Positions 18,417-26,577 of a stretch of 26,577 nt of DNA are shown here, piece after piece. Origin of the DNA: Fimbriimonadales bacterium (GTDB lineage: Bacteria; Armatimonadota; Fimbriimonadia; Fimbriimonadales; JABRVX01). The notes under the pieces are model-generated. The model did no database searches. It was not told the origin of the DNA and saw nothing but the letters and a program-made list of their open reading frames with translations. Made by a program: the position numbers and the translations under genes. Positions within the stretch are counted from its first letter, which is position 1; every line of letters begins with the position of its first letter. Where the stretch lies: positions 1 to 26,577 of the forward strand of contig BTVI01000041.1 in assembly GCA_045862955.1 (NCBI GenBank), read 5' to 3'.

Positions 18417-19579
18417 CCGTCATGCTGAGCCTGTCGAAGCATGGCGCCGCACCCTCAGCGGACCTCCAGGCATCGTCATGCTGAGCCTGTCGAAGCATGA
18501 CGGACTCCTAATCCCTGACGGCTCGCAGAGGTGCGGGTCGGGCGTCCTACACGGCCACGCCGAGGTTGTCGAAGCATGTGGCCCCATCCCTTAGCGCACC
18601 TCCAAAGACCGTCATGCTGAGCCTGTCGAAGCATGACGGACTTCTAATCCCTCACGCCTGACAGAGGTGAGGGTCGGGCGTTCTACACGGCCATGCCGAG
18701 GTTATCGAAGCATGCGGCCCCGTTCCTTAGCGCACCTCCAAGGACCGTCATGCTGAGCCTGTCGAAGCATGCCATCGGTGAGTGCGAGCGCCACCGAGTG
18801 AAATCGAGAACGTGCGGCCGGCGGTCCCATGCTTCGACAAGCTCAGCATGACGTAGGGCTGAGGCATGACGACAGGCTTGGCATGACGTGCGGCTCAGCA
18901 CGACGCCGGGTTCAGCATGACGGCAAGCTCAGCGTGATAGCAGGTTGAGCATGACGTCGGGCTCAGCATGACCTCGCCAGTGACCCGACCTCTACGCAAG
19001 GTAGGGGCTAGGATCAAGGGGAGGGTGTGTCGGTGACTCGCCCTGAGGGACCGGGTGACATGGTAGAACCAGGAACACCGTCATGCTGAGCCTGTCGAAG
19101 CATGGCATCGGCGAGTGCCAGCGCCACCGAGCGAAATCGAGAACGTGCGGCCGGCGGCCCCATGCTTCGACAAGCTCAGCATGACGTCGCCAGCGACCCA
19201 TCGTCTAGGAGACGTGAGGCACAGCCGCTGGCAAGCCGGAATCACCCGCGACGAACGTGAATCTCATCCCCCACCGCTCGCAGAAGGCGGGGTCACTGGG
19301 AAGGAGGCACCGCACCCGCGGCGTCCCAATCCGTCATGCTGAGCCTGTCGAAGCATGGCATCGGTGAGTGCCAAAGCCACCTAGTGAATTCGAAAACGTG
19401 CGGCCGGCGGCCCCATGCTTCGACAAGCTCAGCATGACGTAAGGTTGAACATGACGTACGGCTCAAGCATGACGACAGGCTTGGCATGACGTGAGGTTCA
19501 GCACGACGCCGGGTTCAGCATGACGTCGGGCTCAGCATCATGACGGCAAGCACAGCATGAGGTACGGCTCAGCATGACG
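18417..19579. repeat. Large cluster of CGTC-capped REP-like palindromes: 136-bp direct repeats, three 108-bp inverted doublets and two 17-nt tandem tails
   Basis: Forward copies at ~18418, 18474, 18610, 18746, 19079 and 19332, plus degenerate copies at ~18553 and ~18689. Reverse copies end at 18853, 19186 and 19439. Tandem 17-mers at 18854-18973 and 19440-19579. Confidence 0.92.
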
Positions 19580-20891
19580 GGTTCGGAGCATCGTCAGCCG
19601 CTGCGGCCTTAGTATCATCTATCCCCCCTCTCGCAGTGGTGAGGAGATGGGACAGCTCGGAGGCGATCCGCTCGGAGGCACCCTGGTTGGCCTCGATGAG
19701 ACGCTTCGCATCATCCGCGATGGCGCGAAGCTTAGCGGGATCGCGCAACAGCGACAGCATGCCCGCCGCCAGCTCCTCGGACGTGCTCACCCGGAAGCCC
19801 ACGCTCTCCCGCACCGCCAGCTCGGCGATGTCGCGGAAGTTATGCATCGCGGGACCGAAGAACACCGCCTTGCCGTAGGCAAGAGGCTGAAAGATGTTCT
19901 GCCCACCGAAGCCGCCGAAGCCGCCTCCCACCACCGCGACGTCCGCACACGCATACGCCTTTGCCAGCTCGCCGAAGGTGTCCAGCAGCAAGCAATCCGC
20001 GCCTTTCTCCGCGTGGGACCTTCGCGCCGCCCGCAACCCCCTCTCGGACAGCGCATCCAGCACTTCGGGGGCGCGCTCTACGTGCCGCGGTGCGAGTACG
20101 AAGTAGAGCTCCGGTAGCTCCGCCTTCACCCGCAGCAGGGCGTCCAACACTAGGGCCTCTTCTTCCTGACTTCTCGTGCTGCCCACCACCACGCATGGTG
20201 CGTCCTGGGGTACGCCGAACTCCTCGCGCGCCGCCACACCCTCGACCTGCTCCGCCATGGCCTGATCGAACTTGGTATTGCCTACGTTCTTGACCCTGGT
20301 GGGGTCTGCACCCAAGGCGACGATGCGTTCGCAGTCCGTCTCCGACTGCATCAGGCAGAGGTTCACGAAGCGGAGCAAGTAGCGATAGAAGAAGCGGAAG
20401 CGCCTCGCTCGTGCGAAGCTGCGGTCCGAAAGCCGCCCGTTCGCGATCATCACCTTCGCCCCAACCGCGTCGGCGGCCCACAGGAAGTTGAGCCACAGCT
20501 CGGTCTCCATAATAACCACCGCCGTCGGCCTGGCACGGATCATCGCGTTCAGACAGAAGCTGGCGACGTCCATCGGGAAATACACGAGGTGGTCATAGAG
20601 GTCGCGTGCGCCGTCCCTGGCTGCCTGTTGCCCGCTGGAGGTGGTGGTGCTGAGCAATATCTCGTAGCCCGGCAGTCGTTTCCGAATCTCGCGTAGCAAG
20701 GGGATCGCGGCGTGCACCTCTCCCACGCTGACTGCGTGCACCCAGATGCGCTCGGGCCCTGGCTCCACGCGCAGACGGCCCATTCGTTCAGCCCAGCGTA
20801 CCGGCTCCGCCCGGCGACGCGACCGCATCCAAGCCCACGGCAGCCAAAGCCACGCCGTGAGGCTAACCAGCAGGTTATAAAGGAGAAACAC
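19569..20891 (-). CDS. waaA: 3-deoxy-D-manno-octulosonic acid (Kdo) transferase
   Basis: Motifs IWVHAVSVGEV, METELWLNF, NGRLSDRSF, GNTKFD, APRHVER, LLDTFGEL and GGQNIFQP. Confidence 0.93.
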   Translation of the reverse strand: MFLLYNLLVSLTAWLWLPWAWMRSRRRAEPVRWAERMGRLRVEPGPERIWVHAVSVGEVHAAIPLLREIRKRLPGYEILLSTTTSSGQQAARDGARDLYDHLVYFPMDVASFCLNAMIRARPTAVVIMETELWLNFLWAADAVGAKVMIANGRLSDRSFARARRFRFFYRYLLRFVNLCLMQSETDCERIVALGADPTRVKNVGNTKFDQAMAEQVEGVAAREEFGVPQDAPCVVVGSTRSQEEEALVLDALLRVKAELPELYFVLAPRHVERAPEVLDALSERGLRAARRSHAEKGADCLLLDTFGELAKAYACADVAVVGGGFGGFGGQNIFQPLAYGKAVFFGPAMHNFRDIAELAVRESVGFRVSTSEELAAGMLSLLRDPAKLRAIADDAKRLIEANQGASERIASELSHLLTTARGGIDDTKAAAADDAPNPSC

Positions 20892-21547
20892 TAGCTCCTC
20901 ACCAGTTCTTCGGCGCGCGCCTCCAGCCTGCTGATCTCCTCACCGATGCGTCTGCAGAGAGCGGCCGTCTCCTCGGGGCTCAACTCGGCGGGCACCGTAT
21001 GTGGCTCGCCCACCACGATGGCCGCGCGGGCGAAGGGAGCCGGGATGAGATAGCGGTCCCACGTGGGCAACAGCTTGCGCGGATAGGCGCTGATACCGAC
21101 GGGAATGATGGGCCTGCCGGATTGCTGTGCGATGAACAAACTGCCTTCGCCGAATACGTGCGAGGGCCCGCGCGGACCGTCCGGCGTAAGCGCGAGGTGT
21201 CCGCCCTCGCGCACCCTCTTGGCAGCCTCGAGGGCAGCCCGGACACCGCCGCGACCCGTGGAGCCGCGCACGGTGCGAAAGCCGAAGAGGTTGAAGATGC
21301 GGTTCTGGATCTCGCCGTCGCGGGAGAGCGAAATGATGGCCCACCACCCTCGCTTGGCGAAATAGTTGGCAGGAACGAAGGTGCGCCCGTGCCACGTTAC
21401 CAGCACGCTGCCTCCGTCCTTCTCGACCTCGCGGAGCCTCTCCAGCCCCTCCACACGGTAACGCAGCGTGAGGCCCACTGGCCGCGCCACAGCCCACACT
21501 AAGGTGCCTAGAATACGCGGACGGGCGCTAGCCCACACGGTGCTCAT
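20891..21547 (-). CDS. DUF374 / lysophospholipid acyltransferase family protein
   Basis: Motifs TWHGR, ISLSRDGE, VRGSTGRGG, TPDGPRGP and WDRYLIPAPF. This family is commonly found next to waaA. Confidence 0.88.
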   Translation of the reverse strand: MSTVWASARPRILGTLVWAVARPVGLTLRYRVEGLERLREVEKDGGSVLVTWHGRTFVPANYFAKRGWWAIISLSRDGEIQNRIFNLFGFRTVRGSTGRGGVRAALEAAKRVREGGHLALTPDGPRGPSHVFGEGSLFIAQQSGRPIIPVGISAYPRKLLPTWDRYLIPAPFARAAIVVGEPHTVPAELSPEETAALCRRIGEEISRLEARAEELVRS

Positions 21548-21818
21548 CGGGGACGATTCTGACCCATTCCAGAACGAGAAGGACCCATTCGGAGATTGCT
21601 AGCTACGGTTGGCTCGAAGGCGAGACCCCCTCGCCTAATCTCTCTTCCGCTACCTGCGGGCGCGACACCGAGAGAAGGTGGTAATCGTTGCGGGTCGAGT
21701 CGGGCCTGTTACGTCCCGGACGCCGTCTTCAGGTCTTCGAGAATGGACGGACTAGCTACATCCAACACTAAGCGGTAGCTGGGTTGTCGAGTGGCAAAGT
21801 CCCATCAGCCTATTGCGG

Positions 21819-21827
21819 TGGTAGAAT
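21819..21827 (+). promoter_or_regulatory. Extended -10 promoter for the orphan gene
   Basis: TGGTAGAAT, ~65 nt upstream of ATG 21892. Confidence 0.45.
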
Positions 21828-21891
21828 GCTTAGCGGTAGGCCATACGCTGCATTATTCGGTCTGCTTGGCTGGCTGGCCTCATGGCAAGAG

Positions 21892-24093
21892 ATGAAGCTC
21901 TGCATTCTAAGGTCCGCATCACGCGATACAGACCTCGCGCAGAACCTGAAGCTGCTGCAGATGCGCGTAGGAGATGAGTATGCACTTCGCTACCGCTCGA
22001 GGTGCATTCATCCCGACTTGCTGGCTGCCGACGCTCTCCCTGGCTCAGCTTGCCTACTCGTCTACTGCGATCCATCTGAATACAAGCTTATACCGATCAG
22101 GCATGCGCGCCTCTATAACTGCCATCTGGATCAGCACTCGGGCGTCTTCTACCTACAGTGTGGCCCGTACTGCGATCCGAAGGCCGCTGCGGACTGGTCG
22201 CGCGAGTTCAGGGCCACGCATCCTCACGCGGGTATACCCCCCGATGGGCATTTCGTCGTGCCGTTGGCGGACATTCCGATGTGCGCTCAGGCAGGCTGCA
22301 ACGAGCAGAGGCAGTCCTGGCGCGAGATAGTGGGGGACCTCGCTAAGCAAGACCGTTACGGTAGGTGTTTCTTTCTCTTCCACAACGGAATCGAGGCCGA
22401 TGACGGTTCCGTACCGGAGGGGGACCGTCTCCGAGTTGGAAAGAAGTACGTCTGGCGGGTCCTTTCGTACAACAAGCACCTGAAGCAAGAAGAGCTCGAA
22501 CGTGTAAGTCCAATCGTAATAACGGACGAGGCAGTACTACGTGCAGCGTTAAGCGCTTCGCGTGGCCTGAAGGCGTATGGTGACATCGAGGTTGCGTTGG
22601 AACCGTGTGCAGCAGGGGAGTCGCGATTGGAGTTATGCCTCTCCGGTGTCGCGGATTCCACTGCACGACTGAAGCTCCAAGTGGAATGTACTACCGAAGA
22701 CCGGTTTTCGCAGCCAGAGCCTGCCGCAGCACCTGCCAGTGACGAGGCCATATCCGCCAAACTGCGAGTGTTCAACGCGCTGTGCAAAGCGCTGGATGGC
22801 CAGGAAGACCTTCGGCTTCGCGTCCTCCTAGAGAGCTTCGATGCGGAAGAGCGCACCCACCTTCGAGTAGCGGAGCAGCTGATTAGGGCATGGTACGCCG
22901 TCGGCAGCCTGCACGCATGTACCGACCTTCTTCCGGCGCTGCGCGACGATGACGTCGAGCGTCTCTCAGAACACGTGAAGCGATGCCTATTGATCGCGTA
23001 CGCGATCAGGCATCGCAGGCTTCCCACGGTGAGACCGCTCCGTGAGTTTCCATTGTTCGAAGAGGAGCACTGGACGGAGTTTCGTCGACATGTGCTAGCG
23101 ATGCCGGCTTCTTCAGCTGCCGAGCTCGTGCTGTCGCTCATGAGAGAGGGCCAACAGGTTCTAGTGAATGAGACTGATATCGCCGAGCTGCTGTCTCACG
23201 ACGAGATACGTCAGGGTTTCTGTACACCTGATAAAGTAAAGGCCGCCACGGTGTGGCTCGCTGAGAACGCCGAGCCCTCTCTGGCATTCTCCTTTCTAGC
23301 CGATAGGATTGAGGCAATAGACTTGGGCGATCCGGATATTCTCCGAACAGCAGTGAGCATTGGCGAGAGGTGCCAGGCGACGGAGTTGCTCTATGTGGTG
23401 GAGCGGCTGCTAACACGGTTGTTACTCCTCAAGGACGGAGAAGCAGTCGTAGCGCTCGTGCATCGCCACCGCGGCTGGATGGACCCTGAGCTGGTCTGCG
23501 ACATGCTCTACAAAGGGGCGATCTGTATCCAGGATCCTCAGATCAGAACCGACAGGCTGTTGGAGGCTGCCGACGCAGCTCTCGACATCGGGGATCGGGA
23601 AAGGGCCGGTGCGATCTTAGATCGGCTACGAGGGCACCTATCCGCGGTACCGGACCTGAGGGTCGAGGAGCGACTGGAGGCTCTAGCAGGAAGGATGGAG
23701 GCACTCGCCGAGACGGTGTCCTTTCGAACCCCCTACCAGGAGGCAGCCAGGTTTGTTCATCAGCAACTAGTCGGGAGAGAGATAGCTCTGGTAGGTGGCG
23801 ACTTCGAGCCTGAGTGGCGGGATGACCTCCAAGATGAATTGGAGTGCCGGATTGACTGGTTCCAGAGTGCACGTGGCCGGCGCATAGGCAGGAACTCCAC
23901 GATCATCAAAGGCATCGAAGCAAAGAAGTACCGCATCGTCATTCAGCTAAGGTGGACTAGCCATAGCGAGGAACTGAGACGCGCGTGCCAAGCACACGGT
24001 GTGCCGCTACGCTTCTCCTACAGCTCGGGAAAGGAAAGCGTGGTGCGGCTGCTAGCCTCCTGCCTGCAGGGTGAGCATCAAGCCCCGAGCTAA
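21892..24093 (+). CDS. Large hypothetical protein (~733 aa) with a helical middle and a DUF2325-like C-terminal domain
   Basis: Uninterrupted 2.2-kb ORF. The C-terminus IALVGG...IDWF...WTSHS...ACQAHGVPLRF resembles the DUF2325 pattern. Start set at ATG 21892 because the putative -10 lies inside the longer ORF. Confidence 0.75.
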   Translation: MKLCILRSASRDTDLAQNLKLLQMRVGDEYALRYRSRCIHPDLLAADALPGSACLLVYCDPSEYKLIPIRHARLYNCHLDQHSGVFYLQCGPYCDPKAAADWSREFRATHPHAGIPPDGHFVVPLADIPMCAQAGCNEQRQSWREIVGDLAKQDRYGRCFFLFHNGIEADDGSVPEGDRLRVGKKYVWRVLSYNKHLKQEELERVSPIVITDEAVLRAALSASRGLKAYGDIEVALEPCAAGESRLELCLSGVADSTARLKLQVECTTEDRFSQPEPAAAPASDEAISAKLRVFNALCKALDGQEDLRLRVLLESFDAEERTHLRVAEQLIRAWYAVGSLHACTDLLPALRDDDVERLSEHVKRCLLIAYAIRHRRLPTVRPLREFPLFEEEHWTEFRRHVLAMPASSAAELVLSLMREGQQVLVNETDIAELLSHDEIRQGFCTPDKVKAATVWLAENAEPSLAFSFLADRIEAIDLGDPDILRTAVSIGERCQATELLYVVERLLTRLLLLKDGEAVVALVHRHRGWMDPELVCDMLYKGAICIQDPQIRTDRLLEAADAALDIGDRERAGAILDRLRGHLSAVPDLRVEERLEALAGRMEALAETVSFRTPYQEAARFVHQQLVGREIALVGGDFEPEWRDDLQDELECRIDWFQSARGRRIGRNSTIIKGIEAKKYRIVIQLRWTSHSEELRRACQAHGVPLRFSYSSGKESVVRLLASCLQGEHQAPS

Positions 24094-24129
24094 GCCGGTG
24101 TCCTCTACACCGTGGTCGCGGCTTGGGCC

Positions 24130-24810
24130 TCAAAGGTTGTTCGGGTCGTAGATGCGTTCGGCGGGGTAGCGGATGGTGTAGCGGGAGGCGTTGAAACCGG
24201 AGTAGTTCAGGAAGTCGGTCATCCACGGCTCTTCGTAGTACACCCAGCGCACGTGCCCATCCACGTAGCCGACGTTCCACCCGCGCTGTTCGCGCCAGGT
24301 GGTGTGCGTGTCGATCCAGTTGTCCTGCACCAAGATGCACCGCGCGGGGCTCTTGTCGATCGCCGACATGCGCGCATTGGACAGCCAAAGATTGTACCAA
24401 TAGCTGGTCCGCCTCTCCCAACCCGGCCGCTGGCGATCGGCGCCAAGCGGCCCGCCGAGCACGTTGTCCTCGGCACAAAGCCAAACGCCCGTACCTAGTT
24501 GCAGATCGCCTTGCTTCTGAAAGCCTTGCCGGACGTAAGGGTAGATGATCCGCCCTACGTCCACGTCGATGTCGCCCCAAGCCTGCCGCCGCAGGTTGTC
24601 GTAGTGCACGGGGAAGGTGTCCGCCTGGTCTCCTGCATACATCAGAAAAGCGTGCTCGAGCTGCTTCACGTTGTTGATGCAGGCGGTGCGCTTGGCCGAT
24701 TTCCGCGCCCGGGCGAAGGTCGGGAAGAGAATCGCGGCCAGGATGGCGATGATCGCCACCACGAGCAGCAACTCGATCAGGGTGAAGCCGCGTCTGCCGC
24801 CTTTTTCCAC
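24130..24810 (-). CDS. Prepilin-type N-terminal cleavage/methylation domain protein (DUF1559 / H-X9-DG-like family), ~226 aa
   Basis: [31 protein letters not shown]...CINNVKQL and C-terminal H...[13 protein letters not shown] start at 24810. Confidence 0.88.
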   Translation of the reverse strand: MEKGGRRGFTLIELLLVVAIIAILAAILFPTFARARKSAKRTACINNVKQLEHAFLMYAGDQADTFPVHYDNLRRQAWGDIDVDVGRIIYPYVRQGFQKQGDLQLGTGVWLCAEDNVLGGPLGADRQRPGWERRTSYWYNLWLSNARMSAIDKSPARCILVQDNWIDTHTTWREQRGWNVGYVDGHVRWVYYEEPWMTDFLNYSGFNASRYTIRYPAERIYDPNNL

Positions 24811-25060
24811 GAGGTTATTGTATCGTGTCTCGGCGGACTGGGACCCCATTTGCGAGAAAAGGTACAATAGTTTCTGGTTTGGACCGTCGAGCCTGGGGGA
24901 CTGAGAAATGTCGCGCACTTCCTCCCTCTCCCTTCCCATGGGTGTGGGCTGGGGTTTGGGTTTCCGGCGTCACCCCCAGACGCCGCGGCAAAGGCCCCCG
25001 GCTGGTCGCCCGCCCGACCTCACTCCGCACACAACCTCTGCCCAAAGGTGATTACCCCGC

Positions 25061-26401
25061 ATGAACGTCGCCACTATCGAACGAAATCGTTGGCTCGTCG
25101 TCATCGGCGCGCTGCTCATTCAGCTCGCCCTCGGCGCCATCTATGCCTGGTCGGTCTTCACACCCGCCCTCACTAAGGAGGGCGGCGACTTCGGCTTCTC
25201 GGCCACGCAGACGCAGTGGGTTTTCTCGCTCGGCCTCGCGACCTTTGCCGTGTTCACCATCATCGGCGGTCGCTTGCAGGCGAAGATCGGGCCTAGGCCG
25301 GTCGCAGCGCTGGGCGGTCTCTGTCTCGGCTTGGGCTACGTGCTCGCAGGGCTGATCGGTCAGACCTTCCTTCCACAGCTCCTGCTCATCGGCGTGCTCG
25401 GTGGAATGGGCATCGGCTTGGCGTACGTTTGCCCCATCGCCGTCGGCATCAAGTGGTATCCAGACAAGAAGGGACTCATCACTGGCCTCGCGGTTGCGGG
25501 CTTCGGCTTCGGCGCGACGCTCTGGATCGCCCTCGCCGACAGCCTCGGTGGGCTGGTAGGCGGACATCTGATCGCCGACCTCGGCGTACTTCGCGTCTTC
25601 CTCCTCTACGGAATCGCCTATTTCATCATGGTCGAGCTCGGTTCGCTGGTGATGATTAACCCGCGTCCGAACTGGACCCCAGCGGGATGGACCCCCGCCC
25701 AAGCGAGCGCTGCAGCAAACGCCCGCGAGTTCTCGTCTTCCACCATGCTGAGGACCGGCCAGTTCTACGGCCTCTGGCTCAGCTACGTAGCGGGTGCGCT
25801 CGCAGGCCTGATGGTGATCGGCATCATCAAGCTCTTCGGGGCGGATGCGCTGCAGGCCAAAGGCAACATGTCGGCCGAGCAAGCGGCTGCTTCGGCAACC
25901 CTGGCAGCAGGAGTGTTCTTGCCGCTGGGCAACGGTTTCGGGCGGCTGGCATGGGGAGGTATCTCGGACCGGATCGGTCGCAAAAACTCGCTGGTTTTGG
26001 CCGCCGTCATCCAAGCCGTCGTGATGTTCGCGTTCTTCTTCGTGGGTGGCGTGCCGGCGCTTCTTTACATAGCGACAGCAATCGTGGGGTTCAACTTCGG
26101 TGGCAACCTGGCGCTGTTCCCCGTGGTGACGGCGGACTACTTCGGGCCGAAGAGCGTGGGGCAGAACTACGGTTGGATGTTCACCGCCTACGGCGTCGGT
26201 GGCATCGTAGGGCCCATCATGGCCGGCATGTTCAAGGATGCCGGGAAGGCCGCGGCAGAGACGGGTGGCGTGCAAGCCGCAGCCAACGCATGGCTCCCCG
26301 CATTCCTCATCTCCGGAGCCCTGTGCGTCGTGGCGGCCATTATCCTGTTCGCGCTGCGCCCGCCGAAGGCTCAGGAAGAAGTGTTGCAGAAGGCGGCGTA
26401 G
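25061..26401 (+). CDS. MFS transporter, oxalate:formate antiporter (OFA) family
   Basis: Motifs NRWLVVIGA..IQLALGAIYAWSVF, KWYPDKKGLITGLAVAGFGFG, GRLAWGGISDRIGRK and FGPKSVGQNYG. Confidence 0.9.
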   Translation: MNVATIERNRWLVVIGALLIQLALGAIYAWSVFTPALTKEGGDFGFSATQTQWVFSLGLATFAVFTIIGGRLQAKIGPRPVAALGGLCLGLGYVLAGLIGQTFLPQLLLIGVLGGMGIGLAYVCPIAVGIKWYPDKKGLITGLAVAGFGFGATLWIALADSLGGLVGGHLIADLGVLRVFLLYGIAYFIMVELGSLVMINPRPNWTPAGWTPAQASAAANAREFSSSTMLRTGQFYGLWLSYVAGALAGLMVIGIIKLFGADALQAKGNMSAEQAAASATLAAGVFLPLGNGFGRLAWGGISDRIGRKNSLVLAAVIQAVVMFAFFFVGGVPALLYIATAIVGFNFGGNLALFPVVTADYFGPKSVGQNYGWMFTAYGVGGIVGPIMAGMFKDAGKAAAETGGVQAAANAWLPAFLISGALCVVAAIILFALRPPKAQEEVLQKAA

Positions 26402-26427
26402 TAGCCTTCCTGCCAACGAAGACTGGG

Positions 26428-26460
26428 GGCGCGCGAGCCCGTCGGGCTCGCGCGCCAAAA
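26428..26460. terminator. Perfect 13-bp GC hairpin downstream of the MFS gene
   Basis: GGCGCGCGAGCCC-GTC-GGGCTCGCGCGCC followed by AAAA. No U tract follows the stem on either strand. Confidence 0.45.
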
Positions 26461-26518
26461 TCGTGTATCATGTCCCATCCCGCCGAGAGGGGGAGGCGAA
26501 CAGACCGGGGGGGGAACG

Positions 26519-26577
26519 ATGTCCCAGTTAACAAAGCTCTGGAGCGCGATCGGCGTGCTGGCGATTGCGGCATGGGC
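26519..26577 (+). CDS. 5' end of a gene with a probable signal peptide (MSQLTKLWSAIGVLAIAAW...), truncated by the window edge
   Basis: ATG after a G-rich SD-like run, a TATCAT -10-like box at 26466-26471, and a basic residue followed by a hydrophobic stretch. Confidence 0.5.
   Translation, partial: MSQLTKLWSAIGVLAIAAW

Noticed and set aside
18417..19579. CRISPR array
   Set aside because: Repeats occur in both orientations, the spacers are themselves repeated and vary in length, and there is no cas gene or AT-rich leader. The same applies to 1-791.

Overview
GC-rich bacterial window, probably Armatimonadota. This is inferred from a prepilin-type GFTLIELL protein with a C-terminal DG motif together with LPS genes. 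From left to right it contains: (1) a cluster of CGTC-capped palindromic REP-like repeats (1-791); (2) a 23S-5S rRNA unit with its own strong promoter and no 16S gene or spacer tRNA; (3) a fluoride riboswitch upstream of a cation:proton antiporter; (4) a minus-strand, translationally coupled operon carrying only complex I membrane-arm genes (nuoH-J-K-L-M-N; no nuoI or nuoA-G), with a URO-D-family gene between nuoM and nuoN and a sugar isomerase-like gene after nuoN, followed by a VOC-family gene; (5) an M28 peptidase, tRNA-Tyr and tRNA-Thr, and a hypothetical gene; (6) a second, larger repeat cluster (18417-19579) made of 107-108 bp inverted doublets, 136-bp direct repeats and 17-nt tandem tails; (7) waaA with a DUF374 acyltransferase; (8) a large orphan gene with a DUF2325-like C-terminus; (9) the prepilin-type protein; (10) an OFA-family MFS transporter and the start of a gene with a probable signal peptide. 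The most interesting signals are the hierarchical repeat system, the interleaved nuo operon, the fluoride-riboswitch antiporter, the truncated 23S L1-stalk helix H78, and the orphan gene. All family calls come from motif recognition by eye; no searches were run.
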